From Raillietiella orientalis (lineage: Eukaryota): a stretch of 64,000 bases of DNA. Each line of letters begins with the position of its first letter. The first letter of the stretch is position 1. Under the pieces are notes generated by a model, which saw only the letters and a program-made list of their open reading frames with translations, was not told the origin of the DNA and did not search any database. The position numbers were made by a program, and so were the translations under genes. The stretch spans positions 248,001-312,000 of the forward strand of contig JAYWIR010000070.1 in the NCBI GenBank assembly GCA_036172245.1. The letters run 5' to 3'. Below, one piece after another: positions 25,871-37,800 of the stretch.

Positions 25871-28800
25871 GCGGTCGCATCGCGGACGCCTGAGGAGCTC
25901 ACTCGAAAACCTCACAGGCCACAGCTTCTCTGACTCGGAGCTTGGTTATCGCAGCCGCAGCCGTTTGTAACCTGACCCCTCCATCATGGAGAAAGACGAG
26001 ATCTTCCCTGGAAGGCGGGTGTGTGTATCTGCTTGATTGTGCCTTCTCTGAGCTCTTAGTTTGCGGAGCTCCCTGAGATGGAGGAGAGTGGAGGGCCAAA
26101 GAACCCTCCTGGTTCTCCACCCCTCTCCTCCACTTGAGACGGAAAGTCGTTCCACGGAGGTTGTAAGCATTCGGCAGCTTCCCTCGGGAAGCGTGATAGG
26201 GTCCTCTTTGCTCTATCATATAACGCCAGCTTAGTGGCGAGTTTGGGCTCGCTTTGAACTTGCTCCAAGTTCCGTGTGCATCCCATTGCGCCGGGACATC
26301 AGCTTCCAGAAATAAAAATACGAAGATCCCCTTTATAGCAGGGTGAGAGGATAATTAGAGTTTAATGTTGCGGTCAGGGGTCACCACTGTGCATGTGAGG
26401 GGAGGGGGGGGAGGAAGGCAGGTGTGAGAAAAAAAGAGTGGAGGAGTTCAGAAGTGAGTCGCTCAGCGGATGGTTCTTTCCTATCTCTTCACTGTCTCAC
26501 CTCCATTTGAGGGGAGCTGGAAGCATTCCCTTGGTCATCTGCGCCCATCTGTGTCTTTGTGCTGACTGTGGTGTTCTAGAGAGTATCTCTAGTCCCCACC
26601 ATGGCACGAATGAAGTACACCAAGGCTGTGGATGTTTCTTTGGATAACCAATGTCGAGTTCGGATAGGAGTCAAGAAATAACCACAGATTAGTCCGTGGG
26701 ATTACAGTAGCTGGCCAGGTAAAATCCGTCCTAAATTTTGCTCCTTTTCTGTATCTCTCTGGACCTAGTAGCTGCCCTTTTTTTCACTCTCCATTCCTCT
26801 CCTTCCCCTATTTCCTCTTTTTGCTGTTGCCCTTTGAACTCTTGAGTGGATTCTCAGTGGCTGAAAAGACTGTCGATTGAGCCGTAGAAATCTGATCGCC
26901 ACCAATCACACCTCAGAAATTTTCCCATCCACTCTTTCAGTCTGCAATGAATTTTTCATGGCTCATTTTTCAGGCGTGCAGCGTTGGTACGCACAAAACT
27001 CTTCAGCAACGTCCTATAGGAGGCTTCTGTAAGCACGTTGTGGATTGTAAGCAGAAGCACAGGGTTGCAGGGATGACTGGTGAAGTCTGCAGAGGGGACG
27101 CCTTCAAGACGTGCAACGGGAGCTCAACGGTGGTAAGCGATGGTTCGTATTCCTCTTTGAACCTGCGGGTCGCGCTCCAAGGAGATCCTGAGGCTTCTGG
27201 ATGTTGCTTCAGGAGGCGACGGAGGATGTGCCGGCCTTTGGAAGGTCAGAAAGAGGGGGGGAAGTGCGATGTGCGAGTGGCGGTTCCTTCTATGTCGACA
27301 CCAGTTCTGCTGGAACGAGATCCTTATCGGCGGGCGCATGGATATTCTCAGAATTCAGGAAAGCGGGGAGAAGATGACTGCTTGCTCATCTCATCTCCAC
27401 TTTGAGGAGGTTATGGAGCCCATCCTGCCACCAATCCCTGCCCGACAAGCCCAGTACGAAGTGGAACAAAAGAAGTGGCCTCGGTACTTCTCTTCCTGGA
27501 CAGTCACAGCGTTCTGGAACGCTTGCTCTAGAACCAGATCAACTAGAAGCGATTGGTAGTGAGGAAGTACATAGGGTGGAGGAGCATTTTTTCTTTTCAG
27601 AAAACAAAAAACAAAAACAAAACAAAGCAAGAAAGAGATAATGATAAAAAAGCGCATCTGAGAAAAAATCTAGAGCCTTGCGAAGAATCGGAAAACGGAA
27701 CGGGACCTCATGAGGGTTGGTGTCAGCATCTATCCGCGAATGTGCGAACTAATTCCTTGTCGGTTTTGCGCTGGTGCCATGCTGACCTCCAAGACGCCGA
27801 ACGAGCACAGAGGATCTCTTGTCGGTCTGGAGTGTTTCCCACGTGCTTCCCAGCTGCCAGAAGTCAGTCGACGATGCCGTAAGAGGACTTCCCCTCCTTT
27901 GATACTGCTGCGACATGCGCGAGCAGGGAAGGCGGGACACAACGGCTCGCGTTTCTCCTCCAAGGGACGGAAGAGTCTTTTCAATCTTTTCACGACCGAA
28001 GCTGCCGGAGGGTAGGCATCCTCGTCTATTTCATGCCTACTGGAGGACGCCATGTTAGATGCACCTCTGGCCACTCGAGACTCGAAAGTCAGAACTTCAT
28101 TGGGCTCGATCACGAGGAACAGAAGAAGAACGAGGAGAAGGAAGAGTCTCTGCAGCTCTCAATCAAGCAGCTAACGGAGCGTCGACAACGGTGGAAAAAA
28201 TCACAAGCAAACTGTGACAAAATCAAACCGGAAGTCAGGAGGAGTCCTTGCAAAGAAAAGGCCAAAACTACCGAAAATGAGAAGAACCAGGAAGCTCGAA
28301 TGGTTCATTGAGGAAGGACTTCCTCAAGAAGTACAACCATGAAACTTTCTCGTCTCTTCTTGAGGTGGAGGAGGCTCCTGAAGGAAGAGGAAGTCCCACG
28401 GACTGGGTTGAGGCAGGCAAAATCTAGCTCTGATGGACATGTCGTATTCTTCTCGTGGTCTTCGGAATCCCAAGCGCCCTCTCCTCGCTGCCCTCCCTCC
28501 TGCCGAGGAAATCCCACTCTCTCTCCCTCTCCCACTCTCTATCATGACGAGTCTATTCCTCCTGCCTCAAACGGACAGCAGCGCCCGTATCCCTCCTGCC
28601 TCCCGAGAAAGGACCTTCTTCCGAGTCCCCTTCTTGAGTCCTCCCCGACCTCCTTCGAGTAGTTTTCCTGCTGCTACCGGCTCCTTTCCACCCTTTCAGG
28701 CACTCGCGTTCTAGGATGGGCATGATTGGAGGTCTCATGTACGCGCTCTCCGTCCATCGGGGGGTCACAAGCAGCAGCTTGTGACCCCCCGATGACTCTG

Positions 28801-31800
28801 TGCGTTCCGGGAGATGTTGCCTGGGAGTTTCTGAAAGGAGCGGCCGTTTCTCCCCCTCCTTTCTTTCATCCATCTCTCTGGGTTTCTCTTGCCTTCTTCT
28901 TAGGTCAGGAGGAGACCTCTCAGCGACCGCAGGCAAAGAGCCCTCCTGTATGGTTGAGGTGGAATGGATGGTCTCTCCTTCCTGCCGGGGTCTTGAGTGG
29001 ATCACGCTTCTAAGGAGCCTACGAGAGCAATACAAAGGAGATTCCTCCATGAAAAATGGGTCAAAAGAGGTCGAACATGAGACGGAACCGGCGCCTATTC
29101 CCGCGTGCGTCAGCCAGAGACTGGGGGCAGTAGTAGGTGGCGTCGCCGATGATCGTCCTTATAGCGGCACCGGCCCTGCCTGCTGCCTCTGATCGTTCCC
29201 CGTAATCGATATCCGTCGGATGAGGGCAGGAGAATGCTCCGAAACCATCTCGCGATGATCTTCCGGGAATCATCACCTCGCCTCACAAGGGAAGTTCGTC
29301 CCAGATTCTTGCGAGCTTCCCGTCAGGAATGGGCAGCCCTGTTTCCTCCTTTCCGGAGCTCCCGATCATTCTTCGCTTGTGCCTCTCCTACATAGCAGGT
29401 GTAGCCTCTGTGCGCCCCAAGAATGGGCCAGCTTCTTTCGGCAAAGGCCCCGACAGAGGAGGGAACCACTGCGTAGTGGCTCGCGGGGGCAAAGGCGCTC
29501 TTCTGAGTGGCCATCCGAACAGTCACGTCCCTTCACCCCATTAGGAGGGAACGTCTCCCGGAGCTGTCCGCAGAAAGGTAGGAGAGGAAGGCTTGTCGAA
29601 GAGGCGAGATCCTGACGAGGAGGAAAACCAGGAATGTGCGAAGGAGCATGAGGGATGGGCAGAGTGAGGTCTCAGGTTCGTGCGAAGAGCACGGATCTCC
29701 AGCTTCCCATCGGAGGGTGGATCCTGCTCTTCCCCATTTTCCCAAGGTCAATCCAGACAGCGACCTCCCTGTCCTCAACCGCACGTTCCTCCCCTTCCCC
29801 TTCGAGAATAGCAAGAGGATCATGGAGATGAAACCCAGTGCCTCGGAGAAGGAGAAGGAGGAGGAGGAGGCGCAACCACCAGTTTACGGTTTCGCCTTCT
29901 CGCCGGGCTCCGGCGGGGCTTGGGAGGCTGCCAACTGGAGAGGCGGAGAAAGTTCCCGCGGCACGGTGAGCGGAGCGGCATCTCTGTTGCTGTTCAGGAA
30001 CTTCCCCTGCTCGGCCACTGCCTTCCGAGTGCGCGAATCCCCCCAGCCCGAAGGCGACCCTCTTGTTTCCCTGCTGCTGGGAAGAGCGCGCCAGACTATG
30101 ACTCGCAGTCATTCAGCACGGATGATGCGTGAAGGTTCGTGAGAGAGTCCTGTGCAGTCAGGGAGCATACTGGGAGCGATTCCTGCTTCTCTTTTTTCCT
30201 TTTTTTTTTTTTGCGCCATGCTCCGCGCCTCCTCCTCATTCCTCTTTTCCCCCTTCTTCTCCCCGGAGGAGGAGGAGGACGACGAGAAAGAAGAGAACAA
30301 GAAAAGAAGCGGCAACAAAATCGAAACCGGTAGAATCGATAAGGGCGCAGCCAATCGCATGGGGCGGTGAGGCGGAGCTAAGCTCCAAGCCTCGGCGGGA
30401 TTCGGAGCTCTGCGGACTCCCCAATCAGAGAGTGCTCGACCGTCGCCAGGGAGTGCTAGTTCGCGTCTCCTGCTGGTCCGCCTGGAGAAGCGACCGTTCG
30501 GAGGGGCTGCTGCCGGTCGCTGGCAGGAGAGCCGGGCGCGGCGGCGCGTCAGTCGATCATCGCATTATCCGCTGTCATCCTCCTCTCCTTGTCCCCTCTT
30601 CCTCCCCTCATCTTCTGGTCCGGATCTTTTTCCTCCTCTAGCAGAATCGAAGAGCTCCTCCGGGAGCGCCTCCGAAGATAGAAAGGCGGAACGGGAACAA
30701 TCAGGAAGAACGAAAGGGTGCCCCAAACGAGAAGCTCCTGGAAACAACTCGTGCTTTCCAAATGATCCTGAAGATTCCGACGGTCCTCCCGTTCCCTCCG
30801 CCTTCCTACAGAGAAAATTCCCACCATGTGAGGAGAAAGAAAGATCCCTTTTGCCCCACTTGGTCGTCTAGCCACTTCTCTTTCCCTTCTCCCTCTTCAG
30901 CGAGAATGACCGCCGTAAGCGGCGTCCTCTCAGATGAAGCGCGCTGAGGAAATGGAAGGCACCCGGGAAAAGCAGAGGGGTACTTTTCAGGACCCTCCTC
31001 CTTACCTCCGCCTTCGCTTTGCTCCGGAGGTGCGTCCAATGGAAGGACACATCCGAGCGGGGAAGGGGGAGGGAGACGCGCGCGTAAGCAGCCTTTCGGC
31101 ATCCCTCTTTGCCAGGTTCTGCTCCCCCTCCATCCGGACCAATGCTCCTCTTCATGAATCCCGAGGACATAGAAAGGGTTCGTCGTGGACACAGCGCAGC
31201 GAGAAACGCGCAGCAGAGCTTCCTTCACCATGGAGCCCCATCATCGGATGCAGAGGGCCGGCCTACACTGCGAGCTCGCTTGAGAACTCGGACTTCTCCC
31301 ATCAGAAAACGAACCCACCGCCTAAGAGAACCACAGCCTTAGGCGGTGGGCGGAAGATGAGGGTCTGCTCCGCCGCCCGGCCTCCTCCGCACCGGCAGCC
31401 TCCCTTTCCTCCCGCAGTCAGAAGAGATATCGCAAGAGGAGAAAAGATGTAATCCCGGGAGGAGATCTTTGCCTGCTGAGCCTGGACCTAAACCATCTTC
31501 TTCTCCCACAAGGTTCCTCCTTCTCTCTTCGTTCTGCTCTGAAGAGGGCGCGCTTCCCAAAGTGGCGGAAGAGGGCCACTTTTTCTGGGTGGATGGAAAA
31601 TGGCAGGAGGAAGGCGAGTCGCACCCATTCTGTTAGAGGACGGCAGCGGTGGGAAGCTGCAGGCATGCGAGAACGGGAAGGTGGACATAAAGTTGACCCA
31701 GTTGGCTCCTAAAAGGCGCTTCCAGGCGGTCAGCCACGGCAGCAGCTGTTCCTGTAAGAGGTGCTTCCTGGGTTGCCTGAGAAATGGATGTCCCCTGCCA

Positions 31801-34800
31801 AAGCTTCCTTGCGCCTCGCTTCCCGTGGGAGGCTGAGCTCAACCCGGAGTTCCTCGATCGCCACCGCCGCCGGTGCCACATTCCCTATCCGGTTACCTAG
31901 ATGCGAGCTCCTCACAGGAGATTTTCCAGGGAGCCAAGTAGCAGCAGTGGGAACGGCGCCGTGAACGGCAACGGCAGGACCAACGTGAGCAGCAGCAGCG
32001 TGGAGATCCATATCTCTTCCCCTTGTTCTGAGGCGATTGTGACGTCCGCTTTCTTGGACACCCCCAGGCGCCGCAAAGAGAAGCCACAGTGCCGTTTAAA
32101 CAGGGAAGAGGAGGAGCCTCTGCTGCACCATAAGAGATCAGCGCTCTGGCATCCCACCGGGATCGCGACCGAGGTTTCTACAGAGTTTGGCTGCGCAAAT
32201 GCCGCGAAGCGACCATTCTGAGGGAGAAGAGGAAGGTGCCTCCTTCCCCGTATGCGAGGAACTGGAGTTGCCTTCATCTATCTCGCAGGTATCTCCGAAA
32301 CTCACGTCGCTACCAGCCTGGAGACAGTCTTGGCGACAGCTGCAAGGCCGAGGACAGTATTTTTACCGGTTTTCCCCTCCCTTCCATCGCCTCCTCTCCC
32401 GTTCACAGACGGGGAATAACCCGAAAAGTGCGATGCCCAGAAGTATGCGCAGTTTCGAGGCAAGGAGAAAGGACCGATCCCGTTGCAGGGCATCGAGCGC
32501 GCTGCCGGTGTACCTTTCCGATGTTCCCGACTCTCTCAAGAAAACGAGAAGTGAGGATGGTCCACAAGGCGAGAAAAGGAGAGACGGAGAAGGAGTGGGA
32601 GGAAGCAGGGTGCGAACAAGCTCCATTTCCGCTGTCTGGAAGCTGGACCTCTCCTCTGCTGGAGAGTGAAGACGACGAGGAGGAAGGAAGGTTCCGATTC
32701 GCCTGACCTCCTGGCGCTGCCAGAAGTCTGTCAGGTGCATCCCAACCTGCTTCTCCCTTCCTTTTTGCATGACTTTCGGAGGTCAGCACGTCTGGGGATG
32801 AGAACGAAAGGGGGATGAGGTCCTCGAGTCTTCCTCAATATTTTTTTGCAACTCCCACGACTCGTTTCCGTGACTCCAGGAGACAAGTACGTGAGGAGAG
32901 AGAGGGCTGGCTGCTGCTAGCGCTCCAGGACCACGGAAGGACCATTGCCGTCCCTTGCCCTGTGAAGGAGCAACTCCTCTTCCCGTCCGCTCGAGGGAAA
33001 GAGGTGGTCCAGAGAACGGAGTCTCGAATCAGGAAGCAGGTCGGTGGACCCATGCAAGCAGACAGCAGGTGGAGAAGGTGACCGCTTTCGGTAGCCGCCC
33101 CCTGCATGAGAAGGCGGATCCACGCCGCGAGCCGAAAGAGAAGACGCTCGATGTCCTCATTTGGGAACGAGTCAACCGGAACATGCCACAGGCACGAAGG
33201 TTCAGAAATCTCAAACTGAAGGGGGAAGGAGATGGACGTCCAAGTAGGTGGCACCATAAGTTCCAGAGAGCTCCTGGTCTCTTTTTCCCTCACCGGGCAT
33301 TTCTGTAACAGCCCCGCCTTCCAGAGGACGCGATGAATGAAGGATCTTGGTCATGCCCTCGGGTAACTCGTTCTCGGAGCTGAGCTTCCATGATGGCCCG
33401 CCCTGGGAGTGTCGGGTGGGCGGCGAGGGAGAAAATACGCCTTACAGAGGCGGCGGAGCAGCAGAGCTGGGTCAGCTGCCTGTTTCTCGGTGCGCGCGCA
33501 TGGCGTGTGCACGCGCACCGAGTTCGGGCGCAGCCCGCACGCACGTGCGGTGCGGGCGATGCGCTGGAACTGCACGTGGCCGCCGGGGCTGCCACGTGCG
33601 GAACCGCGACGGCAGGACTTGCGGGTCGCCCGAGGCTGCTGCATCGCCCTCTGCTGCCGCCTCCTGCCGATCGGTTGCGAGGAAACGGCAGAAGCATGGG
33701 CTGCGGCGGTATAGCCTCGGAAATCCCCCGAGCATAACCGAGGGAATGCTCAGGAAGGAAGAATATTTCCGGGTTTCATCCCGGGAATTCGTCGAGAGGA
33801 CGGCGGTCGTCTGGAAAAGCTCGTAGTGGTTCCAGGGCCGGAAGGGGGAAGGAGTAAGTCAAGAAGAAGGAAGGCTGAAGGAGGGAGAAGGAAGGGAAGG
33901 AAGAGACGGGAATGAGGAAGGGAGAAAAGGGGGAGGAGGCGTGGATTCGGGACAGCGGCAACGGAAAGAGCGACGCTCTCTTGGGATTGCGGGCATCTCC
34001 GGACGCCTCCTGGACCTCTAAACGTTGCAGAAGATTCTGGAAGGACTCGACTTAAAAGCCGCGCAGTCGACCAGAAGGGAAGCGCGTGGAATGGGTCGGA
34101 CTCTTCCCATAGAGCGCGGGACGATCCTTCCAGCAGTCGAGCGCGTAGGGAGAGCCGACGCTCAGCGATATCTCGCGCCGCCCCCATCGGCCGAGATCCG
34201 TCGGTTTAAAGGGAAGCGGCGGCGGCCAAGGGGTGGAAGGGAACTCAGGGACTCCACCTGTCAGCAACGGAAAGGAGAAAGGGAGGAACAGGGAAGCAGC
34301 GTCACTCCGCGGTGTTCCACAAACCTGCGAGTCCATCCTGGGGCAGAGGGCTCATCCTGCGATCCTTTAGGCTGGAGGCGAGGGCACGGAGGCGGACCAG
34401 AGGGAAACTGGAGGCCGCGGGGAGAACCATCCAGGGAATCGGAAGTGAGAGAGAGTGGAGCACTTTCCAGTGCACCCCCCGTCTCATTCCTGCCCATTCT
34501 GCAGGGAGTGGGGGGAGGGGGAGAACTACCTCTCCCTCATCTCTCGCTCTCGGTGGGGAAGCGGCAAGGGCTCGTTCTTAGAGACGTTTCCCCTTACACG
34601 AGTCGGCCTGAAAGGAAAATAGAGAAGGTAGGGAAAGCGTGAAGATTCCGGTCTTCCAAGGAGAAGAAGAACAAGGAAGAAAGGAGACTTCTATGCTTTT
34701 CCTGAGGTCATACTACGCTCTTCCCCCCTTTCGCATGAGTTTCCCGGGAGCACCACGTGAAATCCAGGAGGATTGGGAGGTTCTCATAACCCGCAAAACG

Positions 34801-37800
34801 GTCTCTCTCTGGAGAGAGAGGACAAAGCGAGAGGATAGAAAGAGAGGGAGATAAGGATGAAGAAAAAGCTGGAGTGGAGGGGGAGGAGGAGGAGAGGGGA
34901 ATGAGGTAGGTAGGGGGGCCACCTGCTCGAGAGCAATCTGTCGAGCCTTTCGAAGAGCGCGTAGGGTCGGTCAGCAGGGAGAGGACGGCTGCGGGGAGAT
35001 GCGACCCAAGCATCCTCCTCCCTCCCATCCATACCCCCGTGACTCCTCCTCCTTCCTTTGGGAGGCCGCGGCCATCATCATCATTAGCGTAATTGCGATG
35101 CGCGGGATGATTCATCCCGCGACCATCGGCGCCGTCTCCCCTGGCGATTCCCAGAGGACGTTCGGACCTCTGCGCCGGCTCCCGGGAATCCATCCATTCA
35201 CGTCACATTCTGGCCGAGGGGTTCCCTCCTCCTCGATCGTCCTCTTCTTCCTTCCCACACTTCCCTGCGAAACTTCGGAGGGGAATCAGCGGGGCGCCCC
35301 TCCCTCGCTCCCGTCGGCGGGTCGTAAGACCCGGAGGAATTCGCCGCGGGAACAGTTCGCATGTGCGCAACCGCGATCGACAGATGGATCCGGGAGGGCA
35401 CCAGGAAAGAGCGCCACCTTGTCCCCCGAGTCGCGGGCGGAATTTCTGCGGCGGCTGCGGTGTCCCGAACCCCTTGTTTTTTCTCCCCCTTCATCCTCCC
35501 CTCTCCCCCTCCGGCTTCCCAGAAGCCCACGGTTTGGTGCGGTCACGCGAGGGTTCCGTTCGCGCCCCGCGGCGCCCCATAGCGAGGCAGCGACGGGCGC
35601 ACGAGGGGCGACATAGCCCCGTTGCTCGGGACAACCTCGCTCTCGCAGGCGAGGGTTACGGGCAGCGGAGAGTGGAGATGCCACTTTGGGAGTTTTCGGT
35701 CCACATGACGGCGTATACTCACGCAATCGCCTCAGGGAGGTCGGGAGACTGAGCTCTCGCCTGACCTCACGTGTTCACTCTTTTCCCCGTCTTCTTCGCC
35801 TGTGGCGAGTCAGTTGACCGTTCCAGCCGCCTCTTCCTTTCTCCAGAACGCTACGGAGCCGACGCCGGGTCGGTCACCCCTGCTCTTCATCCCAGTGGCA
35901 CTTGCACGCCGCGAATCGGCTGTCCGCGTTGCGGGTTGTCCGGGGCATCCAGCTGCGTGGCCGTGTCCTGCCGAGGGGAGGGTTCGAGGAACCGCACGAG
36001 AGTAGAGAAGATCATGGGAAGCTGGAATTTTCCACCTCGTGTTCCATTTCTGTCTGCGAGGAGGGGAAAGAGGAGGAGGAGGAGGGGAGAAGAGGCGGAT
36101 GTGGCGTTGGGATGTAAACGCAATTTTCAAGGAGATCGACGCCCGGGAACCGCCATCAGCCTTGCAGGAAGTCTCTCTCCGGGAAGTGGTTGGAACAGGA
36201 AGATGTCTTGCAGGTGCCGTTACGACTCTCCGGCTCGCTGGCCAGGCACCCTTGCCGTGACCCACTGACGTCGCTGATTCCTCTTTTTTATTTTTCGATC
36301 GGGGAAGCTTTCGTTGATTTGGGGAGCAAGGCACGCGGGTCAGACTCAAGGTGTCCAAACCGACGTCCCAGAAGCAGTACTTGAAGTGATCAAAGCTGAA
36401 GGAGACAGCGCCAAGCCACCCCCAGGGTTTGGAGCCACTAGGGTCCTGCGGATGGACGGGCAAACCTTGGGGATGCGCTCAAGGACTCTGCGGGCGGCCT
36501 CAGAGGAGCTGGCGCCGCTCCTCATCTCCTCCGCGGTGACGGAGCTGGGAAGGAAACGTGAGACGTCGCTGATCCAGCGAGCAAAACCTCTGGGTCAGCA
36601 GCGAGAGAAAGGTGCCAGCTTTCTCCTAGTCCTGACACAGCGATGGTCGCCAGGGAGGTGCGGAGGGTGCGCAGGAAAAATCCCGGGACAGCGACGACGC
36701 CTCAGCTGGCGCAGAGCAGAGGAGCTTCCTCTGAGAAAGCCGCCCAGGACGCGCGCGGTTTTCCGGGATAGCACGGAGCTGAGACTACGACAGGGCACCC
36801 ACGACCCGTTCTTCCTCCTTGGTTCCTGGGTCGGCGCTATCGCTAGCGTTGAGATGGAAGCGAACTTTTTTCTTGCCATCCTCGTAGAGCGCGCCGCTGC
36901 GGAGATGCGCGTCCTTCGCAATCTCTCGCGAAGCGGAAGGAAGAGGAAACAGCAGAGTATCAACGAGCTCAAAGCTAGGGTGGGTGGGGATGGGTTGCTT
37001 GAACCGTATCTCTGCGGGAGGGAGATGAAGAAGCGTGTCTGAGGGATCAGCGAAGGCGCTCCAGGAGGAGGCTGAGCTTCTGGAAAGCGGGACCGCCGCG
37101 GTCAGGAAAGTGATTCCCAGTGCCGCTCGCTCCTCAAGGTCCAGACGATATCGTGAGGGCGCCCGGAGAAGTAAAGACCGCCATGGCTGCAACGGTAAGA
37201 TCTGTGGAGGCGGCAGTGGAGCTTCCGAGGGGACGGGAGTTGAGTCCGCCAATTGACCGCGCGTGCCGACCTTCGCGAGGGCAGAGGCGGCGCTCGGAGC
37301 GAGGACGCCGAAGGACGCGACCAGGGTAGGAAGAAGCTCCTCCTCCACCCCCTTACGAGGCGCCTGAGGAAGGAGCGAGGACCTCGCGTGCCATCCTGGC
37401 GTCCGGCAGCCAGGAAAGCGCGCGAGCGGCGGAAAACGCCGCGCAGGAAGATCGTTCTGCCATGCCGCAGCCCTCCGGCTTTGTTTCTGCTCGTTTCTTT
37501 TTATATATATGTATACATTAGCTTGGTTTCCGGTTGGCTTTGGTATCCTCGGCCGGTGGGGTCGTTGGTTGCCGCGGTGATTCCGCAGTTGGTGCTAAGG
37601 CAATGCTCGGTCTTCAGCGGAATCTCGGTTAATTTCCTCCAGCATTCTTCTCGCCTTTTTTTTTTTTTTAATCATCCTGGAGAGGAGTGCCACGAAGTAA
37701 TGGAGGAATTTCCGGAGAGCCAAAGAGGAACGGCTACAAATCTGAGGACCACAGAAAAAAAAGAAAAAGAAAAATGATAGCGACGAAGAGCGGAAGTGGG

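Noticed and set aside
36090..37330. Plus-strand ORFs with WDVNAIFKEID and FVDLGSK, suggestive of an L1-type endonuclease
   Set aside because: Motif spacing is too long and the other catalytic motifs are absent.
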